A stretch of 64,000 nt of DNA from Candidatus Thorarchaeota archaeon (GTDB lineage Archaea > Asgardarchaeota > Thorarchaeia > Thorarchaeales > Thorarchaeaceae). The notes under the pieces are model-generated. The model made no database searches. It was not told the origin of the DNA and saw only the letters and a program-made list of their open reading frames with translations. Shown piece after piece: positions 47,606 to 57,377 of the stretch. The position numbers and the translations under genes were made by a program. The first letter of the stretch is position 1. The number at the start of each line of letters is the position of its first letter. Location: assembly GCA_048882045.1 (NCBI GenBank), contig JBHLRZ010000001.1, forward strand, positions 1 to 64,000. The letters are read 5' to 3'.

Positions 47606-48592
47606 TTAACCCAGACTCATCGAATCAATTCCCAGTTTCTTCACTATTTCCTTGTATCTGTTACGAACAGTCACTTCTGTGACTCTAGCTACTTCAGCAA
47701 TCTCTCTCTGAGTCCTTCTCTCGTCCAACATGATTGAAGCTACATAGATAGCAGCTGCCGCCAGACCAAGGGGGTCTCGACCTATTGTGAGACCGATGTC
47801 TCTACTTCTCTGCAGAATCTCAACTGTTCTCAGCTGAACCGGACTCGAGAGTGATAATTGGGATGCAAAACGGGAGATGTAATCAATGGGATTGCTCAGT
47901 GGTATCTTGATGGCCAGACTCCGAGTAAGGAGTCGATAACATTGTCCGAGCTTCTTCTTGTCAACGCGGGACGCATCAGCCACCTCATCAAGAGGACGAG
48001 GTTTTAGTCTGATACGACAGGCAGCATAGAGTGTGGCTGCCACCATAGCTTCGATGGACCTACCCCTAACAAGTTTCTGGATGATCGACTTCCTATACAA
48101 GAGTGCAGCAAGCTCACGAATTGGCCCAGGAATTCCCAGCTGGGAAGCAAGTCGCTCTAGTTCCGACATTGCCTGAGCTAGGTTCCGATCCATACTTGAA
48201 TGAACCCTAGAACGTATCTGCCATTTTCTCAGTCGATAGATCTCAGACCGTCTGGTTGGACTGAGTTTCTTTCCTGATGTGTCCCGGTCTCTCCAATCGA
48301 TGACAGTCGAGAGACCCTTGTCATGCACCGTATAGCGGACAGGTGCACCAACCCTGCTCCGAGCATCACTCTCTTCAGCACTGAAAGCACGCCACTCAGC
48401 ACCAGTATCGATTCGATGGTCTGACAGGACAAGACCACAACCTCCGCACACCCTCTCCCCGCGGGTCAGATCCTCTACAACAGATGAAGATCCACACTCA
48501 GAACAAGCTATATGCTCTATACTTGCATCAGAGATAGTATCCTTTCTATCAGTAGCTCCACGCGCACGGTCCACTGTCTCTCTCTCCTCCAC
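47606..48592 (-). CDS. tfb: Transcription initiation factor IIB (TFB), second paralog
   Basis: CSECG..CGGCG Zn ribbon, GAEWRAF, HDKGLST, two cyclin repeats, TEVTVRNRYKE. Confidence 0.95.
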   Translation of the reverse strand: MEERETVDRARGATDRKDTISDASIEHIACSECGSSSVVEDLTRGERVCGGCGLVLSDHRIDTGAEWRAFSAEESDARSRVGAPVRYTVHDKGLSTVIDWRDRDTSGKKLSPTRRSEIYRLRKWQIRSRVHSSMDRNLAQAMSELERLASQLGIPGPIRELAALLYRKSIIQKLVRGRSIEAMVAATLYAACRIRLKPRPLDEVADASRVDKKKLGQCYRLLTRSLAIKIPLSNPIDYISRFASQLSLSSPVQLRTVEILQRSRDIGLTIGRDPLGLAAAAIYVASIMLDERRTQREIAEVARVTEVTVRNRYKEIVKKLGIDSMSLG

Positions 48593-48758
48593 GTGGCTTA
48601 ATCCGGATCAAAACCGCCAGAATTCACTGCCAAGTCATAGTATTTACGACAGTCTCCCGGTAACCCACTAGAAGCCAAGGGGAAAATTTTCTTTTAATTG
48701 TTCTGAATTCAGTCGATGAGGGTTTCAGCGGATTTAGACGCTTGTTTGCAGATGCACA

Positions 48759-49688
48759 TTATGTTGTTCTTTCATGTCCCCGTTCAGTGATGATGACTGT
48801 ATGTTCGTGCTGCGATACTAATTCACCCTTCTCTTCTGCAAGGATGTTGTGACCGAAGAGAGCACCATTCTTCTCGAGTTCTTTGATTGCCATCTCGAGT
48901 GATGCGGGGGACATACGTTCAGCAATCCAACGCTTTGCGAATGGAAACTCCTTGTACTCTTTTCTGGCAATCCCTAAAAACTGCTTTGTCCCCTTGAAAC
49001 GTACCGGTACTCTCACAGGGAGGAGCTGATAGATAAGGGGTCGTGGTAGGTCGGAGATATTCCCAGAACCGGTACTGGCAAAAGTTTCGATAGCATACGC
49101 TTCGCCCTCTTCAACAAGGACCTCAGATTTCCCTGAAACACATGGCACCTGTTTGTCCGCATGCAGCTCATATTCCTTCAACTGATGGCCTGAGAGCTGT
49201 TTGATTGGCTCAAAACCAGCGGATTGTATAGTATCCTCGATCAGCGCTCCAATTGTATTGAGTTTCGCACCTGGACGCATCATCTGGATGGCGACGTTTG
49301 TTGCATCCACCGATGCCTTGACGAGAGATTCATGGTCAGGGTTCAGTGCAATAGTGAAGGCAGTGTCTGCGATGCACCCCTCAACATGAGCGCCACAGTC
49401 AACTGTCACAAGATCTCCTTCCTCGATGACGGTTTCATCATTTAGTGGAGACGTGTAGTGTGCAGCAACATTGTTCAGAGCCACGTTGCACGGAAATGAA
49501 GTGCCAGAAGAGTTCTCACGAATGTAGTCCTCTACTGTGTTGATTATGTCAAGAACTTTAGTCCCAGGCTTTACCATTGGTCGTGCAAGGTCTAGAGCTT
49601 CTCGAGCTACAACTCCTGCTCGACGCCAGTTTTCCCAAGGATCTTCTGACTCATCTTCTGATTTCTCAACGGGCTTATCATCTGCCAC
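48759..49688 (-). CDS. map: Methionine aminopeptidase type II
   Basis: FPCN..AAHYT, DCGAHVEGCIADTAFT, LSGH, AIETFAS, QHEHTV. Confidence 0.93.
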   Translation of the reverse strand: MADDKPVEKSEDESEDPWENWRRAGVVAREALDLARPMVKPGTKVLDIINTVEDYIRENSSGTSFPCNVALNNVAAHYTSPLNDETVIEEGDLVTVDCGAHVEGCIADTAFTIALNPDHESLVKASVDATNVAIQMMRPGAKLNTIGALIEDTIQSAGFEPIKQLSGHQLKEYELHADKQVPCVSGKSEVLVEEGEAYAIETFASTGSGNISDLPRPLIYQLLPVRVPVRFKGTKQFLGIARKEYKEFPFAKRWIAERMSPASLEMAIKELEKNGALFGHNILAEEKGELVSQHEHTVIITERGHERTT

Positions 49689-49740
49689 AGTATCACCAAC
49701 TCTTTGGGCCCTCTTGTGCAAGCAAGATAAAAGTGACGCT

Positions 49741-50136
49741 CTAGGATAGAACCTTCTCAATCTTCTTAGCGATGCGGGTCATCATAAAGAACATGTAACC
49801 GATGTTGGCGCGTTTGTTTGTAAGAGCGGAAAGAATGGCATCGGCTCCAGCATCGCAGATGATGACGTAGCCTGTTTCTCCCTCAATGAGCGTTCGAACT
49901 AATGCCCCACGCTTGAGCTGCTTGAAGACTTTCCGAGTCGCCTCTTGGATTTGAGTGGTACGACCAGCAATGACATCCTCATCAGGAATCCTTGCCTCTT
50001 CCACGCCTTCTGGAATGTGAGTGCAGATTGTAAGGCCCTGTGATTTGGAAATAATCGCGCTTGCCTCTACATTTCCTTGTGATGCGCGACTTAAATCGAT
50101 AAGAAGCTCATTCAACATCTCGGTCTTTGAGGACAA
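49741..50136 (-). CDS. Roadblock/LC7 domain protein
   Basis: VEASAIISKSQGLTI, LKRGALVRTLIEGETGYVII..AG..AIL, NIG. Confidence 0.85.
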   Translation of the reverse strand: MSSKTEMLNELLIDLSRASQGNVEASAIISKSQGLTICTHIPEGVEEARIPDEDVIAGRTTQIQEATRKVFKQLKRGALVRTLIEGETGYVIICDAGADAILSALTNKRANIGYMFFMMTRIAKKIEKVLS

Positions 50137-50184
50137 TTTGTTGCACCTCCAAGGCGTCTTTTAGTCAAAAAGGATGTCAAGTAT

Positions 50185-50958
50185 TTAAACTCTCTTGGCG
50201 CCAGCATTCTTGAGACCCTTGACGATCTTAGCGAGCCCCTCGCCACCATCCTTTTGAACATGTTTTTCCAAGTAGGTTCCTTGAACCACAATTGAAGCTC
50301 CAGACTCCACAGCTGTGACCACCGATTTCTCGTCATTGAAACCTCCTCCAGTGATTAAAGGAATGTCAATGAACTTGGAAACTGTGGCGATCATCTCAGG
50401 GGGCACTCCACCGCCCTCTGCTCCGCTACCAGCTTCAAGATAGACAAGTTTCATCCCTAGGAGTTCAGCAGCAATAGCATACATAGCAGGTAGTTTTGGT
50501 TTGTCTCGCAGGAAGGGCTTTGCATCACCTACCCAAGATGCGGTTTTACCAGGAGCTACTATCAGATATGCCATGGGAATTGTTTCAATCCCAGTGAGTT
50601 TAATCTTTGGGGCAGCAAGAGCTTGAGCACCAATGATATAGTAGGGATTTGTGCTGTTGAGAAGTGTCATGAAGAACATCGCGTCTGCATGTTCGGAAAC
50701 ACCTGTGATGTTGCCTGGAAATAGAATGGTTGGAATATCAACTGCTTCCTTGATCTTTGCCACAGCATCATCTATTACTCCAAAAATAGTACTTCCTCCG
50801 ATCATGAGTGCGTCGCTACCAGCCTTCTCAGCAAGAGAGGCAATCTCCACGACACTCTCTATAGTCATAGATAATGGATCAGGATCAAGAAGTGAGAAGT
50901 GGCAGGCACCTTCAGACTCAAGTTTCTCAGTGATGTACTTCCAAACCTTACCAGTCAT
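50185..50958 (-). CDS. Geranylgeranylglyceryl phosphate synthase
   Basis: LLDPD, MIGGS, ILFPG, YLEAGSG, GGG motifs. Confidence 0.92.
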   Translation of the reverse strand: MTGKVWKYITEKLESEGACHFSLLDPDPLSMTIESVVEIASLAEKAGSDALMIGGSTIFGVIDDAVAKIKEAVDIPTILFPGNITGVSEHADAMFFMTLLNSTNPYYIIGAQALAAPKIKLTGIETIPMAYLIVAPGKTASWVGDAKPFLRDKPKLPAMYAIAAELLGMKLVYLEAGSGAEGGGVPPEMIATVSKFIDIPLITGGGFNDEKSVVTAVESGASIVVQGTYLEKHVQKDGGEGLAKIVKGLKNAGAKRV

Positions 50959-51182
50959 CCTTTTAGTCTCCAGTCTAGGACAATTCCTTCGTGACGTACT
51001 TTTTACGCTTTTGGTGAATCAGTCATGGTGGCTTATTTGACAATGTAGGATATTCTCTATCACAAGCGTATTCTCGTTTGAAAATGAAATATCGTGAAGA
51101 GATTCTGACCGTTATTCTCAACCTTTATTACCAATACTGATTGAAGCTCGCAAGTTGTGTTCTGCTGAACGAGGACCCCTAT

Positions 51183-53741
51183 ATGACCTCAAGTGACCCC
51201 AAAGGACAGGCTGAATCAGCCGAAATCGAGGTAGTGTCTACTGATTCCGAACTACGTATCGGTGTGTTTCCTTGTATGTGTGGTAAGAACATCGGTGCAG
51301 TTGTTGACATAGAAGCTGTGGCCGAGTACGCACGGACACTCCCAGGAGTCGTATTTGTTCAGGTGAATCGTTACACCTGTGCTGACCCTGGTCAACGAGA
51401 AATAGAGGATGCAATCAAAGAGTATGGTCTCAATCGAATAGTAGTTGCATCATGCAGTCCAACTATGCATGAAGACACCTTCCGAAAGGCAGTGAGATCA
51501 GCGGGACTCAACCCATATCTATGTATCATGGCAAACATCCGTGAACATGTTTCATGGGTACATCGAGAAGATCCTGTTGCTGCAACAGAGAAGGCGAAGG
51601 ATTTAGTTGCCATGTCTGTAGCTAAGGCTGCAACACTAGAAGCGCAGAAGGAGCTGGATGTTCCAGTGACTCAAGCTGCGCTAGTTGTAGGAGCTGGTGT
51701 TGCAGGTATGCAAGCAGCTCTTGACTTGGCGGATTCTGGATTCAAAGTCAACTTGGTTGAAAGAGAACCCACGATAGGCGGCATAATGGCGATACTGGAC
51801 AAAGTGTTTCCACAGAATGACTGTTCCATCTGTATCCTAGGACCTAAAATGGTAGATGTGGCCAAGCATCCAAATATCAATCTGATAACATTGGCTGAGG
51901 TCGAGTCCATTTCAGGATATGTAGGAAACTTCGACGTCAGAGTGAAGCAACGGGCGCGTTATGTAGATATCGACAAGTGTACAGCATGCGGGGATTGTGT
52001 CGAGGTTTGTCCAGTGGATGTTCCCAGTAGGACTGATCAGAGTCTGACTTGGCAGAAAGCGATCCAAATCCCATTTCCACAAGCTGTCCCATCATCTTAC
52101 TTCATTGATCATGATTCTTGTCTTGGAATGGACCTGATTAGATGCGGAAAGTGCATCGACAGGTGCGAACAGGAAGCGATTGTGTCGTCGGACACTGCAC
52201 GCTACATCGATTTCGAAGTTGGTGTCATCATTCTGGCAACAGGATTCCATCCTGCTAGTCCAGAGAAGATACCACGCCTTGGATGGGGCAGATATCCCAA
52301 CGTCATCACCTCGCTCGAGTTTGAACGTCTGATCAACGCTGCAGGACCTACTGAAGGAAAGCTTGTGAGACCCTCAGACCTGGCAAAGCCACAATCTGTA
52401 GCAATTGCTCAGTGTGTCGGGTCACGCAGCATAGACACGCGAATCAATTGCTCGAATTTCTGTTGTGCGGAGTCGATTAAGTGTGCACTTCTCATTAAGG
52501 AACACTATCCTGACACTGAAGTCACAATATACTATCAGGATCTGAGGATGCATGGCAAGTATTTTGAAGAACAGTATCTCAAGGCCCGAGAAGAGGGGAT
52601 CAAATTTGTTCGGGGTCGTGTTGGAGAGATACAACAATATCCCAAGACAAAGAACCTGAGAGTGAGTGTAGAAGACACGACTCACAACAAGTTAGAGATG
52701 CTTGAGTACGACATGGTAATTCTGTCTATGGGTGCTGAAGGCCAGTCAGGGAACTTCCCTATACCGATATCCTGCACCTCAGACTCATTCTACATTGAGT
52801 CACATCCCAAACTGAGACCCGTTGATACGAGCTCAGCAGGAGTGTTCATTTGCGGAGGAGCTGAAAGTCCCAAGGACATTCGTGACTCGGTCATTCAGGC
52901 GAGTGCTGCGGCAGGACGCGCTGCGATTATTCTACAGAAGGGCAGATATCCCATCGAAGCACTCAGCGCTCGTATCATGCAAGACAAATGCAATCGTTGT
53001 GGTACATGTGTGAAGCGATGTCCGTACGGTGCTATCTCACAGGATGGTACAGGTAAGTACACAGTGACAGGGGCTCTCTGTCAAGCATGCGGCACATGTG
53101 CTGGAGACTGTCCACAAGATGCCATTTACATGCCCAATTTCACAACCCAACAGATTGAGGCTCAGATAGAGATCGCTCTTGCTGAGAATCCTGAAAAGAA
53201 GATAGTGGCCTTCGCATGCAACTACTGTTCCTACCGGGGATCTGACCTCGCAGGTGTTTCAAGGATGCAGTATCCTACCAATGCTCGAGTCATACGAACG
53301 ATTTGTTCAGGGAGGTATTCTACCAAGTTCGCTCAGAAGGCCTTCGAGCTGGGTGCTGGTGCTGTGCTCTATTCAGGTTGTCACCTTCCAGCAGACTGTC
53401 ACTTTCAAACGGGAAACCATTGGATGGCCAAGCGAGAGCCACGGATTAGAGGTTGGATGAAGCGGAATAACATTGATGATGAACGATTTAGAGTTGAGTG
53501 GGTTTCTGCAAGTGAGGGAAAGAAGTGGCAGGGCATCATGACAGAGTTGGCGACTGTAGTTGAGAAACAAGAGATGAGTAAGCCTAAGCCAAAGAAGCCG
53601 ATTACAAAATCCAAGAAGAAGACACAACCAAAAACGAAGGAAAAGCCGAAGAAAAAGACAGCAACTAAAGCGAAAAAGACGACGAAGGCAAGGAGTGTTG
53701 GTGTTAAGAAGACGAGTACGACTAAGAAAGGAGGGAAGTGA
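51183..53741 (+). CDS. hdrA: Heterodisulfide reductase subunit A fused to MvhD, with Lys-rich tail
   Basis: CMCGKNI, CSP..HE..FR, GAGVAG, DKVFPQNDCSIC, QCVGSR, ESHPKLRP, PKDI; MvhD part FACNYCSY..D, CSGR, GCH..DCHF. Confidence 0.93.
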   Translation: MTSSDPKGQAESAEIEVVSTDSELRIGVFPCMCGKNIGAVVDIEAVAEYARTLPGVVFVQVNRYTCADPGQREIEDAIKEYGLNRIVVASCSPTMHEDTFRKAVRSAGLNPYLCIMANIREHVSWVHREDPVAATEKAKDLVAMSVAKAATLEAQKELDVPVTQAALVVGAGVAGMQAALDLADSGFKVNLVEREPTIGGIMAILDKVFPQNDCSICILGPKMVDVAKHPNINLITLAEVESISGYVGNFDVRVKQRARYVDIDKCTACGDCVEVCPVDVPSRTDQSLTWQKAIQIPFPQAVPSSYFIDHDSCLGMDLIRCGKCIDRCEQEAIVSSDTARYIDFEVGVIILATGFHPASPEKIPRLGWGRYPNVITSLEFERLINAAGPTEGKLVRPSDLAKPQSVAIAQCVGSRSIDTRINCSNFCCAESIKCALLIKEHYPDTEVTIYYQDLRMHGKYFEEQYLKAREEGIKFVRGRVGEIQQYPKTKNLRVSVEDTTHNKLEMLEYDMVILSMGAEGQSGNFPIPISCTSDSFYIESHPKLRPVDTSSAGVFICGGAESPKDIRDSVIQASAAAGRAAIILQKGRYPIEALSARIMQDKCNRCGTCVKRCPYGAISQDGTGKYTVTGALCQACGTCAGDCPQDAIYMPNFTTQQIEAQIEIALAENPEKKIVAFACNYCSYRGSDLAGVSRMQYPTNARVIRTICSGRYSTKFAQKAFELGAGAVLYSGCHLPADCHFQTGNHWMAKREPRIRGWMKRNNIDDERFRVEWVSASEGKKWQGIMTELATVVEKQEMSKPKPKKPITKSKKKTQPKTKEKPKKKTATKAKKTTKARSVGVKKTSTTKKGGK

Positions 53742-53745
53742 GCGA

Positions 53746-54243
53746 ATGGCAGACGAAAATTACAGCCAGAAGATTGAAGAACTCCAAAAAGCTGGTCGCC
53801 CATGTTTCCAATGTGGTATTTGTGCGTCGTCATGTCCAGTCTTCAGAGTTGCACCTGAGATGAACCCAAGGCTAGCAGTTGACTCTGTAGTATCGAAGGG
53901 AGATGTCCCTGTCGAGGGTAATGAGTGGTTATGTTCGTATTGTTTAATGTGCGAGGAACGTTGTCCAATGGGAGTGTCACTCGCAGAGATTCTCATCGGT
54001 ATCAAGAACATATCCTCGCGTAAGGGCCATGCTCCAAAGGACTTTGTAGAGTCTGGCGAGGCGCTACTGGCAAAGGGGTGTCTGTCCCCACAATCAAACA
54101 GGTCTGACAAGAAACGAGTTGAATTGGGTCTTCCAGATCTACCACAACCAAACCTAGAGCAGGTCAAACTCATCTTTGAAGCAACTGGAGCATATGAAGT
54201 TCTCAAAGCAAATAGGGCAGTGTTGGAGGAGGAAGCGGAATGA
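53746..54243 (+). CDS. hdrC: Heterodisulfide reductase subunit C
   Basis: CFQCGICASSCP, WLCSYCLMCEERCP. Confidence 0.9.
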   Translation: MADENYSQKIEELQKAGRPCFQCGICASSCPVFRVAPEMNPRLAVDSVVSKGDVPVEGNEWLCSYCLMCEERCPMGVSLAEILIGIKNISSRKGHAPKDFVESGEALLAKGCLSPQSNRSDKKRVELGLPDLPQPNLEQVKLIFEATGAYEVLKANRAVLEEEAE

Positions 54244-55133
54244 GGTACGCGTTCTTTCCTGGTTGCACAATGGCAAACAGACTGCAGTTTGCAGAGAAAT
54301 CAGTCCGCATGGTAGTTCCCGAGTTTGATGTTGAGTTAGTGGATCTTGCATTCACATGTTGTCCGGAACCAAATGCAGTGAGGTCTCTGTCCGAGGAAAC
54401 GTGGGTCACATTTGCAGCTAGAAACATTGCACTTGCTGAATCGGAGGGTTTGGACATTCTTACAGCTTGTGCAGGTTGTCATGAATCATTGACACTGGCA
54501 AAGCACGAACTCGATACGCGTCCTGATTTGAAAGCCAGAGTGAATGAGATTCTAAAAGGAATGAACTTGGAGTACAAAGACACCTCATCAATCATTCACG
54601 TTCACCAACTTCTGTTCGACGAGATAGGTCTGGAAACAATCTCGTCCAAGGTGATAAGACCAGTACCAATCAAGGTTGTCACACACACTGGATGCCATCT
54701 ATTGAGACCACACAAGATAATGCAGGTGGATGATGCTGAAGCACCTGCTAAACTCGATTTGTTATGTAATGCGCTTGGGATGGAGTCCCTCGAGTATATG
54801 GACAAGGTGATGTGTTGCGGAGCTGGAGTACGAAAAGCCGACAACGAAACCTCGTATGCGATTCTGAAAGAAAAGATGACCAGTATGACGATGGTTGAAC
54901 CAGACGCGATAGTAGTGTTCTGTCCAACCTGTTTCATCACTTTTGAGTCTGGTCAGAAGATTACCAATCGTCTGTTTGAAACTGACTTCAAACTACCAGT
55001 ATTCTATTACACAGAACTTCTTGCAGTTGCTATGGGACTACCTGACACAGACAAGCTTCTGGCTGATCACAGAGTAAAACTCGAACTTCCTGAACCATCC
55101 GAAGCAAAGAGTGGTGAGTCAATTTCTGTTTAG
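54240..55133 (+). CDS. hdrB: Heterodisulfide reductase subunit B
   Basis: FFPGC, TCCP, CAGC, HTGCH, CCGAG, CPTC (CCG domains). Confidence 0.92.
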   Translation: MRYAFFPGCTMANRLQFAEKSVRMVVPEFDVELVDLAFTCCPEPNAVRSLSEETWVTFAARNIALAESEGLDILTACAGCHESLTLAKHELDTRPDLKARVNEILKGMNLEYKDTSSIIHVHQLLFDEIGLETISSKVIRPVPIKVVTHTGCHLLRPHKIMQVDDAEAPAKLDLLCNALGMESLEYMDKVMCCGAGVRKADNETSYAILKEKMTSMTMVEPDAIVVFCPTCFITFESGQKITNRLFETDFKLPVFYYTELLAVAMGLPDTDKLLADHRVKLELPEPSEAKSGESISV

Positions 55134-55155
55134 GACGATAATTGAGGCTGTGAAT

Positions 55156-55776
55156 GTGGAGAAGCCTACTGTCGCAATTCTTGCAGGTGGAAACTCAAAG
55201 AGATTTGGTTCAGAGAAGGCACTTGCGGAGTTTAGAGGACACGCCCTTGTATCACATATGGTCGAAATTGCCCATAAGATATCAACTGAGGTCATGATAG
55301 TTGTGTCAGACGACGAGCAAGAAGACCTTCTTCGAAAGGTCGTTTCTGATGTCCGAATAGTCGTTGACCCGCCAGGAGAAACCAAGTGTGCTTTGGTTGG
55401 AGCTATTACTGCATTTGAATACACATCAACAAAACACGTCCTTCTCCTACCTGTAGATGCACCTTTGGCAAATACTGAACTCCTAAGATTGCTGTTGGAG
55501 ATTTGTGAAGGTCATGGTGCCGTAGTACCTTCATGGCCTACGGGGTACATTGAACCGCTCCACTCTGTATATCTAGCTGAGCATGCATATTATCACGGAC
55601 TTAAGGTTGTAGAGAGTGGCCATTACAAGATGCGAAACCTCCTCGAGAGGCTTAAGAATGTCCTGTACATCTCTACTGAAACGTTGAAGCAGTTTGATTC
55701 AGACCTCTCTACGTTTACAAATTTCAATACTCAAAAAGAACTCAAAGATGCAGAAAGAAAGAGTCGAAAAAAGTAG
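55156..55776 (+). CDS. mobA: Molybdenum cofactor guanylyltransferase
   Basis: ILAGGNSKRFGSEKAL, PVDAP, EPLHSVY, FTNFNT. Confidence 0.88.
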   Translation: MEKPTVAILAGGNSKRFGSEKALAEFRGHALVSHMVEIAHKISTEVMIVVSDDEQEDLLRKVVSDVRIVVDPPGETKCALVGAITAFEYTSTKHVLLLPVDAPLANTELLRLLLEICEGHGAVVPSWPTGYIEPLHSVYLAEHAYYHGLKVVESGHYKMRNLLERLKNVLYISTETLKQFDSDLSTFTNFNTQKELKDAERKSRKK

Positions 55777-55797
55777 GTGTCATTCAAGATTCTCATA

Positions 55798-56106
55798 CTA
55801 TTCGGACTGTAAACCCTCAAGGATTGCCAGTGCTTCTCCCACAGTTATTGAAAGTTTATGAGCTAATTCCTTTGCTGAGATTTTAGGATTCTTTTCTAGA
55901 ATGTATTTTTCCGCATATGCAACATTTCCAGGATACAGTGGATTGTCTCTTGCGGTTTCAAGAAGAAGTGACCATAATGGATGGGTCTTGAAGTCTGCAA
56001 TGTTGATATCAATAGTTCTGCCTGATTTACCATTCTTGACCCTTTTTACAGGCTTTGGATCAATAGCATCCTTCTTTTGTTTATCGAGTCTCTCTTGCTT
56101 GATCAA
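55798..56106 (-). CDS. Hypothetical protein with C-terminal HTH-like segment
   Basis: ISAKELAHKLSITVGEAL. Confidence 0.55.
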   Translation of the reverse strand: MIKQERLDKQKKDAIDPKPVKRVKNGKSGRTIDINIADFKTHPLWSLLLETARDNPLYPGNVAYAEKYILEKNPKISAKELAHKLSITVGEALAILEGLQSE

Positions 56107-56329
56107 GGCGGCGTCCCAACCTCAGTTCCCGGCGAACCCAACGAAAAGTTGGCTCCTACTTGAGAGTTGAGAATTGCGATATAAGCCTTGGGGAGCTTTT
56201 TTGGAAATCATTCATAATCAAACTGATTGGTGTTTTTTGTGATTGAAGACCGCGCCATTCCCAAGTCGCAAGGTTTAACAAGGAAGGTCTAGAAAGCGGA
56301 CGAGATGAACACGACCTTCGGGTCACATT

Positions 56330-56641
56330 ATGGGGAATGAATTATTGCCTCATGGCATTAGAAGAATTGTTCTTGATGTATTGAAACCTCACAGTCCTCG
56401 TCTGACTGACCTCTCTCTCATGCTCGCAAGAGATGAGCGAGTAAATGGACTGAACATCTCATTAAAAGAGGTAGACCAGAACACGGAGAGTATCACCATT
56501 ACTCTTGAGGGCGATGATCTCAGCTTTGACTCAATCAAAGAGATTCTTGAGCAGGCTGGAGCCGTGATTCACTCAATCGATCAGGTTGTTGCAGGAAGAC
56601 GGTTTGTTGAGGAGGTCACTCTTCAACCAGAAAATTCCTAG
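56330..56641 (+). CDS. DUF211 family protein
   Basis: IRRIVLDVLKPH.P, GAVIHSIDQVVAG. Confidence 0.85.
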   Translation: MGNELLPHGIRRIVLDVLKPHSPRLTDLSLMLARDERVNGLNISLKEVDQNTESITITLEGDDLSFDSIKEILEQAGAVIHSIDQVVAGRRFVEEVTLQPENS

Positions 56642-56645
56642 TCAA

Positions 56646-57263
56646 TCACTTACGTCCGGAGAGCTGATCAGTCAGCCTCTTACTCTCTTCCTCAATCTTA
56701 CGTCGTACAAGATTGTGAATCTCCTGTTCGAAGATGGATGGAACAATCTTTACCACATTACAGAGACGATCAACAATTGTTTCAGCGAGTTGTTTGTATG
56801 ATGGTGCATTACCTGTAACGATACCTCGGACTACGACCTCGCCGACACTTGCACTGACAATTGAATCGAGAACACTGGCAATCGTACCCTTGGGATCCAT
56901 GAAGAAGGGAAGGTGTGTCTTGTCGTGTAATATATTGAATCCAAGCTTCTCGGTGACGCTCTCTGTGTACCATTCAAGACTTGATTCCTTCATTCGAAGT
57001 TTTGATGCAAACTCTGTCTTGGTGAGGGGATTGGGATGACTCCAAGGATGACGAGTGACTATGTATAAGGCAGCACCAAAGAAGGGATCCACCTCACGTG
57101 GGATTCCCTCTCTTGAAACGAATCGTCGAACAAGATCCAATGCGAGGTTCTCATATCTCTCGTCAACCTTGTTCGCTTTGTAAAATTCATGAGCGTCTCG
57201 GACAACACTGACGATTTCTTGGGGGCTTGCAGCCAAGTGTTCATCGTCAAAGCGTGTAACCAT
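56646..57263 (-). CDS. TFB-like protein with a single cyclin-fold/HTH repeat
   Basis: FGAALYIVTRH...PLTKTEFASKLRMKESSLEWYTESVTEKLG aligns to TFB repeat AAAIYVA...RTQREIAEVARVTEVTVRNRYKEIVKKLG. Confidence 0.5.
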   Translation of the reverse strand: MVTRFDDEHLAASPQEIVSVVRDAHEFYKANKVDERYENLALDLVRRFVSREGIPREVDPFFGAALYIVTRHPWSHPNPLTKTEFASKLRMKESSLEWYTESVTEKLGFNILHDKTHLPFFMDPKGTIASVLDSIVSASVGEVVVRGIVTGNAPSYKQLAETIVDRLCNVVKIVPSIFEQEIHNLVRRKIEEESKRLTDQLSGRK

Positions 57264-57377
57264 TGTTCCCGCTCCAGAATAATCGCGCGCTCAGAGAGTC
57301 GTCTAGATTGCTGAGTTCTGCTCCAGCTAATTAACTCTTTTGCAATAGAAACAGAGGTGGGGAAAAACGCGCCATAT

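Noticed and set aside
56106-56160. In-frame TGA upstream of the 55798-56106 ORF as a Sec codon
   Set aside because: No upstream start or redox motif; the GAGGT there is more simply an SD
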